Below are positions 1-12,700 of a stretch of 64,000 nt of DNA, one piece after another (the stretch's first letter is position 1; each line of letters begins with the position of its first letter). The stretch is taken from NCBI GenBank assembly GCA_964187785.1, contig OZ076417.1:36084001-36148000 (forward strand), written 5' to 3'. The stretch is from Amphiscolops sp. MND2022 (Eukaryota). Position numbers and translations under genes: made by a program. A model generated the notes under the pieces. The model saw only the letters and a list, made by a program, of their open reading frames with translations. It did no database searches and had not been told where the DNA came from.

Positions 1-785
1 ATGCAATTCTTATAGCCTATCTTAATACATGTACTTCAGTGCTCATAGACAGAAAATACAGTGCATTTTTTTCTGATTCAGAACAAATTCTCGATCAAAA
101 CAATTCAGTAGGTTCGGGAGATTATAGGGAGTTTCCGAATGAAAAAAATCCAATAAAAATTAATTCTAAGCTACTCAATTTTCGAAAAAACTGATTTCAA
201 TTTTTCATTATGGGTCGTAGAAATTTCAAATATTTTTGTAAACTAGATAAAATTCTAAAAAACTTTTGTAGCTGGCAAAGGTTTGTATTCGTGACAGTTT
301 ACGAGATATTTGGTTTTGAATTTTGCCATTTTAAGCAATGAGGTTGCGATATTTTAGAACGCTACTGTACTCTGCCAAATGATGAAAATGAGTCACTAAA
401 ATGATGCCGAAAAGTTGAATAGGATGCATGCAATAGTGGTATCTCATACATAGTTCAGCCAACACCCTGAAATTTTTACTTGAACTGGCACCTTTTTTTG
501 CTTGAAGCTTGGATGCTTGGGGTAAAGTACACTGAGTCGGCAATTCATTTGAAGTAGGCAGATGTTTTGAATTAGTCTTTTCTTCGATTTAATTTTGTTG
601 ATACCTTTTACTTTTTCGACTGTCATTGGTGAAAATCCAATGAAACGTGATTTGTTTTCTTAACTAGAAATTTTTATAAATGGCAGAGATTTTTATGTGC
701 CCCCACTTTAAGCTTTTGTGGGTGAAAATGTCTTGGGGATTTTTTGCTGTTTTGTCATGAGTATGAAATGTCTGTTTCGTATCAG

Positions 786-3700
786 TTGATGAAAATGTCC
801 GAGTTGAGAGAAAACTTCAAAGAGATGTCGTGTGCCCTGAATGACACCTTTTACAAGCTATCTCTGTGCCCTGAACACGAGAAAGACGTCAAGTACGAGT
901 TGATGAACTCAAAGGAAGTTCTGGAGAATAAAGGTTACGACCGAGAATGTTACGTTGTTATTCGCAACTCTGAATATGAACCAGTTTTTGATACCGCTAA
1001 ACATCTAATTAGCGGTGGGCCAAAATTTTCGGAAACATAATTATGTTATCGAAACATGTTTTTATTACGCTTGAAATATCTTTGGAATTTTATATCGCTT
1101 TTATAATTCTGAAATTTTGCCTTTTACAGCCGATGAATTATGAAAAATTGCCGACTTTTTTCACAAAAAGTTGTTTGGTTCTTCACTTTCTAGGCAATAG
1201 AATTAGAGCCACAGTAAAAGTACCAAAAAATAATTATCGCGAAAAATTGTTTGTAAAAGCTGGCTTTGTATTTACCAAAATCTGAATAAAATGAATCGTA
1301 CTGTTTTTCAAGAAGTTTTTTTTCCAAAAAATAGTCTACTAAAGACTATGCTGGCTATTTGACTTAAAAACAAAGCAATGCATGTTAAGCATATGTAATA
1401 TATTTAACCCAATATAAAAGTATCATGGATGTTTGAACTGCAGTGATTGAGAACTCGCGCCAACTTGCGTGGCTGATTGCAGTCCTGTTCTCGAAGGAGA
1501 AGCAAGAGGACATCCACTGGATTCTCAAGTGTTCTCTCAGGACCATGAAGAGAGCCATCGCACATGGCACTGCCTACTCCTTCATACCAGAGTATTACGT
1601 CGAGGTCGTGCTTGACTCATACAAGGCGCTCACCAGGTTCTTCTCTTTCGTCACTCCTTTCCAAGGTCAGTGCTGAATGACACGTCATCAAAATGATACA
1701 CAGTTGATTTTGCTTTGTATTGATACGGACCAGTGTATTGTACACGATACACGAACAAGTACCGATACACGAGTATTTACCAAATATTCGAGTACTCGAT
1801 GTATACACGACTTGAAAGTTGTTTACACGATTATACACGAAAATATTCTTTCGTGTATTGACCAATAAGAATGTGATTAATTTAAGGAAATCTAATTATA
1901 TTTCTTGAGATTCTTGCTTGTTTAGTTTGTGTGGATTACGTTCCTCAAATAGAAGAAACGGTATAAAGGCTGGAAATCTTGGAATCCTTGTTAAAATTGG
2001 TTTTGATTCATATAACGTGAACCAATAATTGAAATATTTTCGAGTTTTCTCTTTTTTTCCTAATACACGATACATACACGACTTTGTCAACGAGTACACG
2101 ATACATACACAATTTTTTTTCATGAAACTACCAGAATACACGATACACGAAAAATATAGTACACGTCAATACACTGATACGGACGACTATGAAAAACTAA
2201 AAATGTACAAGTACCGGGTGACAATGCACATGTACTCGCCAAATGGTGTCTCAGACTTCGATTTATGCGGGTTCGAATTGAGTTGTGTTTACGGTATCAG
2301 GGAATGGCAGTTCGGATAGTTTTCTCTGGTGTCCATTCTCAGTAGCAGTTTTGCTCTTGAACTTTAAGTGATATAGACTGTCTGGCACCAGGTTCATGTT
2401 GTACTCGTTTGTTGAACTGCTAGTTTATGTCTTTATGAAATGTGTTACACATGCTCTAAAGTTTAATTACCGGGGGTGTGTACTGCCGTCCGGGCCAAAA
2501 TTGCCTAATATCCATCCTTTCAATAAAAACCCTCGTTTTAAAAAAGTCTGTCCTCACTCAGATTCGAACCCTTTACCATGGAATGGTAGGGGATGATTTG
2601 ATAATCGAACGCTTTGGTGGCCGCTCGTGGTGGTACCATTGAAACATTGTTGATTAATTGCAGGCTCACAGGGCTACATTTCCACTCTGAATGAGATGGC
2701 TTTCTTCTTGGCGCACAACTTCTCTGACGCAGGAGGCAGTTATATCGTGAACAGTGACGTCAAGAACAACATCATAGAATCCCTTGCCTGCTTCGTGTGC
2801 TATCCAGAGTCTCTCAAGAGTCTGGAACAGATGAGTCTGCAGATGAGGAAGGCCATGATCAAGACACTGCTGTCCCCTTACGAATCTAGGTAAACACACA
2901 CAACGAGTACCTCTTGGCCTTTAAAAAGATTATTACAATGACGAAAGTTCATTGGTTTTTTTTCTTCATTGTTAAACTCGGCTAATAAGGAAACGGAATC
3001 AGAGAATGGACCTTTCATCCTGAAAACGTCTCTTTCTCACGGGAAAAACCGAAGGGTAAAACCTTGGTGGTACAAAAACATTCGGTCTCAATGCCGAAAA
3101 AAAACCAAAAGCGAACCGTCTAGGTTTCCAAACGAAAATATTCAGTCCTCGGCAGGCATCGAATGTCCGTCTGCTTGGGAAGTGCCCATCCTATTAAATG
3201 GCGACGTGAACAAAGTCTGTTCGTAAATGTGAACTCATCAGATATATTCTGTAGTCTTACGAAAAAACTAATCACTGCAATTGTCTTACACAATTCTTCA
3301 AAATGTTTTAAGTTTGACCCCTGTGTAATTATGCACGACAGAAATTGTTTCATGAAACTGAACTGAATTCTGGAAGAAAGTTGTTTCAAGTTGACTGGAA
3401 TTGAAAGTGTCCACACAAATGTTTATAATTATTGTCTTGTATACCTAATTGAAAACTGTTCTGAACCTGTCTTGCCAGATAACTTCAAAAGGACTTTGCT
3501 ATATTTCTGGTTTACTCCCTAACAAATTCTGAGAATGTTCAAAATCAAAGTTCTCTTTCAACTTCCAGAAGTTGATAGTTTTAGTCCTTCCGATTAAAAG
3601 CCAAACATAGGCTCTATAGAAGTCGGGCGCTGATCAATCAAGTGGATAATTCAACGTCTCAACCAACAAAGAACGAAAATCAAATCTTTTCGTTTCAGTT

Positions 3701-6700
3701 TAGCTTCGGTATCGGAGGTGCTTCGATTAAAATGTTGAATGCAAGATTTCAATGAAAGTATGCTTCGAGCAATATAGTTTCTGGTGTTTCAAGTTTACAT
3801 GCAGTTTTTCATGAAACCGTTATCTGGCATATCACCCGTCTTTCATTGAATATTGATTTTCAAAATGACTTCTGAACCATGCCTTTTTTGTGCCAAATGA
3901 TTTTGAAGTGGCATTTGTACACTATTGGGTTTTGGATGAGTGAAATGTGTCATACATGAATAGTAAATCAATGGATGAAATAACTGATACAATTCCGTGT
4001 GTTTAGAGCGTGGCCACAAATCAACTGGATCTTAGTGCGTCTCTGGAAGGGCTGTGGCTTCGGATACAGGTTTCTACTTACTAGTAGTTTTATCTTTAAA
4101 TAGTTGCTCATCAGAAAAAGATAGGATCAATCTACAGTAGGGGGTGTTTATAACGGAGAGGTTTATAACGACGAATGTTTATAACGACCATTTTCCGAAT
4201 TCCTGTCATGTAACAAACGCTTGTAACGACAATCTTTATACCCACAGTTTTTATACCGACATTAAAAACAGCCAATCAGGGTCGTTATAAACGGCCCGTA
4301 CTGTAGAAATGCTTGACTAGAAAGAATTATGTTGACTTGAACCGATCAACGTATGCATGTATGAATTTTTCAGAATCATATAGCATTAGGCAAACCGGAC
4401 AGAGACTTCTTTGGTCATAATACCACTGAGTGAAAGCCTCGAAACGAGTGAATAAGTTTCAAAATGAGTGGATAAAAGTGGACTCAAGTATCTAAATATG
4501 AGGTACCAATAGTTGCAAGTCTGAGAAGTCCATCTTTCTTTTATTTTGTTAGCAGTAAGTATATACTGGGAATTTTTCCACGAATCATACTTCCCATTTT
4601 TTTCCTGATTACAATTAGGACAAGTTTAATTGTAATTATAATGGTAATTTCAATGTTGTTATATGGTAATTGTTAGTTAAGTATACTTCATTTATAAATG
4701 ACGAGTATACTTGTCCGTAAAATTGTTTCATGCCTAATTTTGTCTCTGTTAAGTACACGTATTTGGGCATGTTTTGTGTTTTGTGCAGGTATGCATTCCC
4801 TCCACACATGAGTCCTATCCGGTTGCGTCACTGCACCCAAGACTACGACAGTGCCTCGTTCCAGCGTCCGTGTCCCTCGCCAGTGTTCCAACAGCACGTC
4901 GCTGAACAACTCACCCAGGACGATGACACCATGCAACAGTTCATCAACAGGTTAACATTCATTCACACATTTGTACGAATTTTCGAGGTTTTTGGCATAG
5001 AGTAGAAATATCGTATAATTTGTCGGTTTTGATCAAAAAAACTGTTTTTTCCTACTACTGAAGTTCAAGATCGTGGGTTTCTCCTATAGCTGCATATTAA
5101 GGGGCGTTCGAATTGACAAAGCGAATTGTGAAGAAGAATTAAATAGTTGAAGATAGTCACTGGATTAGAATAAGGCACGCTCGAAATCGATTACAACATT
5201 TGAAAAGTATGGTGACTTACTATTGCATACAGGACAAATACGAATGACCAACGATGCAAACGTTCTGGCTTTTGAGCGCGGACCGTTTAAAGAACTGTCA
5301 AAAATTTTTGTAGACTTAATAGCAACCCTTTATAAAGTTTTTTGGAAACAGTCAGTGGTTTTGCCCAAGGAAAAGTGTTAAAAGCTGCTCTGCAATTGGA
5401 AAAATGACGGAGCTACAAGTCAATTGAATAATGCAGAAATTTCTACCGTTTTATTAGTGTTTTATCCATTGTAAATGCGCGGTTTAGCGAATAATGGTTT
5501 CAACGCCAGAACACTGTCGTGAAATTAAAATGTTATTCATAATTCCTTTCAAATTCGATGCCAATTGTCTTGGCCTTAAACCTTATTCTACTGATTCGAT
5601 TCCCCTGCACACATTTATTCCAATCACGTTCAGGTCAATTTGTTTTTTTGTTCAGTGTACTGAATCAGCTCAACTGGGCCTTTTCCGAATTCCTGACCCA
5701 GTTATCAGAAGTGCAGTCGACTTCAGAATATTCTTCTTCGCTCTCTCAAAACAGTCTCAACAGTTCGGGGGTTAGTCAATAGTCAATATCATAGTACCTA
5801 TGGAGGATAGTTTTATTTGCAGCAGTAAACAGTGTCGCATGATCTGATGTCTTCCGTGTGTGAAAACCCAAATGTTTCCGTGGATCAAATGTCATTTAGA
5901 AATCCTACATCCTCAACTAGAATTAAATGCGAAATCGCCACAATACAGGCCCAATTTCTGAACATTTCAGATTTTCGTTCCAAAAAATTATACAGTAGTC
6001 ATCTCACCGACAGTTGGTAGTGCTCAAGCGAATGCTCAAGAAACAATGTTTTTATTGAAAAATTGAGTGTTTTAAGTTGAAAAATTTTATTAAATATATT
6101 TGACAAAGTTGGAAACAAAACGCTCGCGGATATTTTACGTACTAAATATTCTTAAGGCGATTACATTTTCATAAGGCTTCTTAGTCTTAAACGATGCAAC
6201 TCGCAAAAAATTGGGAAAAGTTCGACACTTTTTGGTTCGTTAAAGGCATCAAAAAACTGTCACGTTTCTCTATACAAGAGTGTGCTACGTACCTAAATGT
6301 TTTATTTTGATACTCATACCCGCAAACATGTCCCAGAACTATTCAAAACTTACGTAGAACGTCAACAATTAGTCGAAATATATATTCTACAAAACTAACA
6401 AACCTTCACTTTTATCTGGAAAATAATCAGTATGCGTAAAATAATTGGTATCTTTAATTTAATTGGTCTGTTCAAATTAATTGGTATGTGTTGAATGGGG
6501 AACGTCATACAGACATAATGTAATACGCATTTAATTTTCAAACAATTCACTAAGCTGAAAACGCGTGTCTGATTTTGTCGGAATTATTATTATAACGTAG
6601 TCAGCTATGTTCACATACCCCTAGTGCCCTAAATGCAGGAGCGGAGCGACGTGCCACTTGGCCATGCCTCAATGTTGCTACCTTTCGAAGGGAGCGAAGC

Positions 6701-9700
6701 GACCGAGCCATACAACAAATACGCTAACCTCTTCAAATAAATCAAGTTCCATATATCTTGGCTGCAACAGCACAAAGCTAGTAATTTGGATTCTGCTGTT
6801 TGAGATCTTCTTAAAAATTCCGTTGTATGAATAGTCGCCAGAAGAATTAGATGTGTATTACAATATGTCTGCAGTAGTTGACTCTGTTGAATGATGGTGA
6901 CTTTAGGTAAGTGATAACAGACGCAAACACAAACTGGTGGATACCTGTTTCGAGCTGTCGGTGGGTTTGCTGCGAGTGATAGAGCTGATAGTGGCTGTGG
7001 CGCCCCAGTTGTTCACAGACGCCAATCGACCCAATTCGGAGATACTCCTCAACCGACTCATGCAGCTGCTCAGTCAAGTAAGTACCAACGACACTGCTGA
7101 ACTACAGTGAAAAGCGTGCAAATGTTCTATTGGCGGTCGAACGAAATGGCTGTGAAATGACGAGCAGTTAATCGAAGTCTTAGTGCACACATTAACGACT
7201 CAAAATGAAGTAGATTTTGTCCATTGAATGATATTACAAAAAATCGGACCGTTTTGTCAAGGAAGTGATTTCTTTCAGGACTTTTTTTGATGAATTGAAG
7301 CTCATAGTAGTGTGTTCTTACAGGGAATGCTAAAAATTTCAGACAATCATCAAAACGTACTCCTTGTTCTTTCGAAATTCTCAAAAATTCAGCACTATTA
7401 AGCGGCCATGTTTTTAGATTTGAAAGTGGAATTTCTCCCATATTTCTTCGAACTTTATTGTTTCAGTACTTTTGAAAAGAAAATTAAAGGAAAATTGTAT
7501 TTATTCGAAAGAAAAACATTGTGGAAGCGATCGAAAAGTTAGAAATCACGGATTGTTTTTGAATAGATACTGTAGTGAAACGCTTTCATTCATTTAGCAA
7601 CACTCAGTACGACTGAATATGCAGTTGCGACTGAACTATCCATCTTCAACTAGTTATTGAAGTTCGAAAACTCTTTTGTATTTGTTTTGTATCTGTGTTG
7701 CAGGTCTTGTGTCGCGTGACTGCACACAATGGCTCGTTCCAGCAGATCATCCGTCGCAAGGGACTGGGCTTCTTGGACTCCGTGGGCAACTACCCCATCC
7801 TCACGCCCACTGCCGGCATACTCACCAGACTTGCGTTCCAGAGCCCAGCCAAAGGCCGAGAGGTTGCTACTACTTAGTAATAATATTTCCTATGAATTCT
7901 CTATTGTCATTGGTCGACAGCATCTTTCAATGATGAAACTATTATGTAACTTTGCAATCGACTAGAGTAAATGAAAGTCAAAGCATGCAATTTGTTAGGA
8001 GTCGGAAAAAATTTTCGACTACTTATGCAATCGTGCTGTTTTTTTTTGTTTTTTTTTCTCCCGACCTTTTCATGAAAATTTCAAATTTCTCAAAAACTGT
8101 CCATACGATTTTCACAAAATTTTGCAAAGTCATTCTACACCCAAAGGGGCCCCTGCGTGTGCAAAGGCATCAAAATCGTATGGCCTGGATGTGAGAAACA
8201 TAGCCAAATTTAGCCCAAAAATGGCCAAAAAACAGCCATTTTTCGACTTTTTTCGATTTTCTCAAAAACTGTCCATACGATTCGAACGAAATTTTCTACA
8301 GTTATTCTACACCATATTAGAGTCCTATATGTGCAATGGCATCAAAATCGTATGGCTGGGATGTTAGAAACATAGCCAAAATTAGCCCAAAAATGGCCAA
8401 AAAACAGTCATTTTTCGATTTTTTTCGATTTTCTCAAAAACTGTCCATACGATTCGAACGAAATTTTCTACAGTCATTCTACACCATATTATGGTCCTTT
8501 ATGTGCAATTTCATTAAATTCGTATGGCTGAGATGTGAGAAACATAGCCAAATTTAGCCCAAAAATGGCCAAAAACAGTCATTTTTCGATTTTTTCGATT
8601 TTCTCACAAACTGTTCATACGATTCGAACGAACGCGAGTCAGAAGGAAAAAGACTTAAGCCGACTCCTTTACCGCATATGCGGCTCTGGTTTTATATTAC
8701 CAATCGGTTATATTATCGAGCAGCTAAAATCACGGCTACCTAGCGCTGCAGGCTAAACTCAGAATAGGGCCGAAAAAAGGTTTAAAAAAACAATAGTATT
8801 CATTTCAAATGTTCTCAGAAATGGAGATATTCAAATGTTCTCAGAAATAGAGATAGGTGTTGGAATATTTATCCAATAAAGAGAATATTAAAGTTCAGTA
8901 AGTTCTCCTAAAAACCGAATAATTCTTTTCGAGATATTATACGTATGACTATTTTTGAGTAAACTTGGAAAGATGGTACGTTTAACAAAGAATTTGAAAC
9001 AAATGCTATCTTGAACCACACGACACATAACAAATAAATCGCAAGGGGGAATTTGAAAAAAAAAAATCAGCGACATTCATCACTTTGAACGGAATTCAAT
9101 ACATATTGAAAAGTAATGTTCATTCATTGCATTTTGTCTTGTTATTGTGTTTAAGTTCACATTTATTTGGGCGGAAAATGTACTACATGAAATAAGAATA
9201 TTAGATGGTTTCATAGGCTTAAACACAACAGTTGATAACAGACGGTTGAATAACCAAAAGCAATTTGGAAAGTTGAGAATTATCTATAATCAGGTTTTAG
9301 AATGTATGAAATCACTGGATATACTATAAACCAATCTAAGTTTCACGACATCTAAGCTAGTCTTGTTATTGCTTCATTCTATCAACTGAGAAGGACACAT
9401 AGATTAATGAATTTTTAAGATAATTCAACCTCCAGTAATATTCAATGATATTTATGTATACTTGTGTAATCAATTTATATATTCTCAAACAAACCACATG
9501 ACTTTTATAATAAGCTTCAAGATAGTGGAGAGGATCAGAAGTAAACTGAATGATCAGCCACTATAGCTAGTACTCCACAAAATCGTTTACATTAGTGTGT
9601 AGATGGTGGTGGCGACTGTGGTCTGGGGTATCGGAGTCGTAGCGCCGGTTCCGACAATGGTTTAGTAACCGGTTCGATGGCCACAAAGTGGAATTCGTGA

Positions 9701-12700
9701 ACCTCAACAAATGATTTTTTTTCAACTTTTAATGGTTTGAACCAACCAATCACTCGGAAACCGGCTCGTGAAGGACAACTCACCACTTTTCTCGACGCAG
9801 ACACACGTTTTCTTTTGTAGACTGACCGTCGCAGAATGAGCCAGGGCAAAGATCCACTGTTGGCACATTGTATTTGAACTGCAAATCAGTTGTCTCGAAA
9901 TGAAACGATTTTAAATCTGTCTCGTTCTCTATATCATACGGAGGTAGTTCATTGAACGTTGAACTTTCTAGCCTCAGTTGTTGGCACAGGAATGAATGGT
10001 TCAGATGTCGTTATAAGCAAATTTTGTGACTCAATAATAACTCCTCTGATTCGTGGTTCGATGATCGCAACAACTTTACCTGGCTATAACTCTAAATGAT
10101 CTCGGGTCAAAACACGACTTCTTTATCACTGGATGTGAACAGCGCCAGAACATTGTTTGAGTTTATTTCTCCAAAAAGGAAGAATCGATCATAATTAGCC
10201 TGTTGCAGCTTGTTTCTAGAGGGTGTGGAGTACCTCCCATGTCCAGACTGTTTATATTTGATAGGCTCGGAAGATCTTTTACCACGAAGGAAGGCCAGAT
10301 ATATTTTTTAATCTTCGGTATCATCGCCTGCTGAAAAGTCCGAGAAAGAAATTACATTATATGCTCGAGACAAATTTCTAGCACCTTTAGGATTTAAAGA
10401 CGACGCAAATGCGGCAGTTATTCTGGAATAACAATCTAAAAGAGGAAAGCGTATTGTCTTAATTCAAATGGTAAGTACTGCCAGAAATTAATTGTAACTG
10501 AGTCTTCAGATAAAAGTTCCCAAAATACTTACGGCCAAGCACTTTTGAAGACTTGCACTAATTTAAAATCAAGAGCTAGATGATTCAAATGAATGTTACA
10601 CAAGGAGCAAAGTGAAACTGTATCCTTGGTTGAAGGAGCAGAAAAACTTTTGCGCTTGTGTAAATAGCTTCCGTTAACTGAGAAAAACGTGATAAGGTGT
10701 GAAAAAACGTGAAGCAGTAATCAACACCTGGATAAGAAACTGGGTCTTCGTTAGTATTGGAGATAAAAACAGAAACTTCAAATATATCCTGGGAGTTGAT
10801 TGCCATCGAACTAGAACAATTGGAACAAACTGTATTGGAGTAAAACTGGCCACACTGACTACGTCTTTTCACGTTAGTTTGCCGCTTCTTACACCCACCT
10901 CTGCTTTTTTGTGAGTCGATGGTCAAGTAATGCAACAACAATGTGTCTAGAAAAACCATGCATGAAGACCACATGATTTATTATTCAAACGTTTTTAAGA
11001 AAAACAAGCGATAGATGCAAAACGCAAAATAATCGAGAGTAGTCTCAAAGATTGTAGCAGAATGAACAAAATAACTTGAAACCATGACAACGTTAAACAC
11101 GGGATCATTCGAATCAAGACCCGATTTTTAAGAAAAACACAAATCAACAAGTGGAAACGTGTTTTCGGTGTAACATTTAAATAATTATATGACACATTGG
11201 ATCATAAAAGTCAATAGTTGAAAAAAATTGATTGCCTAAACTGTAGCAACTGAAACTGGAACCTGAATGAGGAAACATCTTCTTCAAATTCGTTAGGTAT
11301 TTTGTGAACTTAGATTACATTTAAGTCAAATGACACAATTAGCAAACAGTTATCGATCAACAGGTACAACAACGAAACGAAAAAAAATGAAATAAAAGAA
11401 GAAATACAGCGGTTCCCACAAATTCAATAAACAATTGAATCACCAAGGAAAAATTTTGTTCTTTATAATACTCTTCAAACACGAAATGCCGTTTTCACCC
11501 AAATGCACTTCGTGGTCATTAACTACAGTAACCGCAGACATTTTAGTTCCCACTCCAAAATAGTGACATTGTGGTGGGACTTGACTAATAATGTAATTTA
11601 ATTGTTTCAGTCGATCAGCTGTACCATTCGTCCTTATTGGAACACCGACAATTGCTACTTTGCAAGCAGGATTCAAGAACTTAATCCGATGCACAGTTAT
11701 TCCAAATAAATAAGATTTCACCAGGCGTTCCAGCTTGACGCACTACATTATTTTTCAGGGAAATCGTTCACGCTGTTTCCACCAAGGAATAATAAAATTT
11801 TATTGTAATGGCGAATGAGCATGGCAAATCTGGAACCATGTACAAACGCATCCAAATTGTCCCTTCGGGCACGGGGACTACTTTTTTTATCGACTTGATG
11901 CATATAAAAGGTTCTTAGAAGAGAATCACCGACAATGAGGGTGCGTGGGAACGGCTTGAATCTGTTGATTCAGTAAGACATTTGAACTTGAATTCTCCGT
12001 TGAAGAAATGAAACATTGTTCAATCTGGAAAAAAACACTTCTTAAGAGGGAGACACCACCAATTATCATTGCCAAGAGGCATCATGAACGATGTGATCGA
12101 AGCTGCAATTGATGAAAGTCAGAAAATGGACAACGAACTTATTTAAAAAATCCGCAATCGTAACACCAAAAAATGACATTTTTCGTTACGCTGAACTCAT
12201 CTGAACGATGGTGGTGGCGACTGTGGTCTGGGGTATCGGAGTCGTAGCGCCGGTTCCGACAATGGCTTAGTAACCGGATCGATGGCCACAAAGTGGAATT
12301 CGTGAACCTCAACAAATGATTTTTTTCAACTTTTGATGGTTTGAACCAACCAATCACTCGGAAACCGTCTCGTGAAGGACAACGCACTCTTCAAGCACAT
12401 GCTGTATTTGTTAATAGCGCACCAGTGTTAATGAACTGAGTGAACTCCTCAACATTCCGTCTGAAGGCTACTAGGTAGAACATATTCGCATCTTGAGGCC
12501 TAATTCTCTCGTGATTCACGATGACCGCTTTAGCGAATTTTATAGAAGTGAAGGAGGATTTCTGGTGAGAGTTGCGTTCTATCGCTAACTGTTGGTTAGC
12601 GAACAAATGCTCTCAAACCCCATGTTCGAAGACCACTTTTCTCGACGCAGACACACGTTTTCTTTTGTAGACTGACCGTCGCAGAATGAGCCAGGGCAAA

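Noticed and set aside
6921-6921. Alternative RNF123 acceptor at gataacag|a
   Set aside because: The phase is incompatible with the upstream exon; the acceptor ending at 6906 gives the correct frame.
7103-7574. Possible MITE bounded by TACAGT and ACTGTA
   Set aside because: Only 6 bp of terminal complementarity, which is within chance.
8122-8756. Repeated similar ORFs (…[13 protein letters not shown]…)
   Set aside because: They are by-products of the ~180-bp tandem repeat inside the Helentron-like element.
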